From Prorocentrum cordatum (lineage: Eukaryota), in the NCBI GenBank assembly GCA_963575745.1, contig CAUYUJ010000012.1, forward strand, positions 62,001 to 119,601: a DNA stretch of 57,601 bases, given 5' to 3'. Both the position numbers and the translations under genes were made by a program. Position 1 is the first letter of the stretch, and every line of letters begins with the position of its first letter. Positions 57,530 through 57,601 of the stretch are shown here, one piece after another. The notes below the pieces were generated by a model. The model was not told the origin of the DNA. It worked only from the letters and a program-made list of their open reading frames with translations, and made no database searches.

Positions 57530-57601
<72 letters not shown>
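57300..57601 (+). repeat. GGTGTCCCGC(C) 10-11-bp tandem repeats followed by (GAT)n to the window end
   Basis: Direct reading. Confidence 0.9.

Overview
Eukaryotic, GC-rich, microsatellite-laden genomic DNA. It is inferred to be dinoflagellate from GC/GA splice donors and spliced-leader relics. The whole window lies inside one minus-strand gene: eight short exons (about 553 nt, 55550 down to 2163) splice in frame into part of an AIFM2/FSP1-like FAD/NAD(P)H oxidoreductase, and no proposed donor is GT (4 GA, 4 GC). The introns hold: (i) an apparently intact plus-strand LINE (ORF1 + APE-RT-RNase H) whose two ORFs are in frame, separated by a single UGA followed by a perfect 11-bp hairpin (candidate stop-codon readthrough); (ii) a young 7.2-kb LTR element with identical 177-bp LTRs and a 5-bp TSD that encodes only Gag, CCCH zinc fingers and protease, inserted into the RT domain of (iii) an older decayed LINE that starts with a spliced-leader relic; (iv) many MITE-like elements, several with 5-bp TSDs; (v) composite minisatellite arrays and long trinucleotide microsatellites. 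Most ORFs in the supplied track are repeat or GC artefacts. All calls were made by eye; no searches were run.
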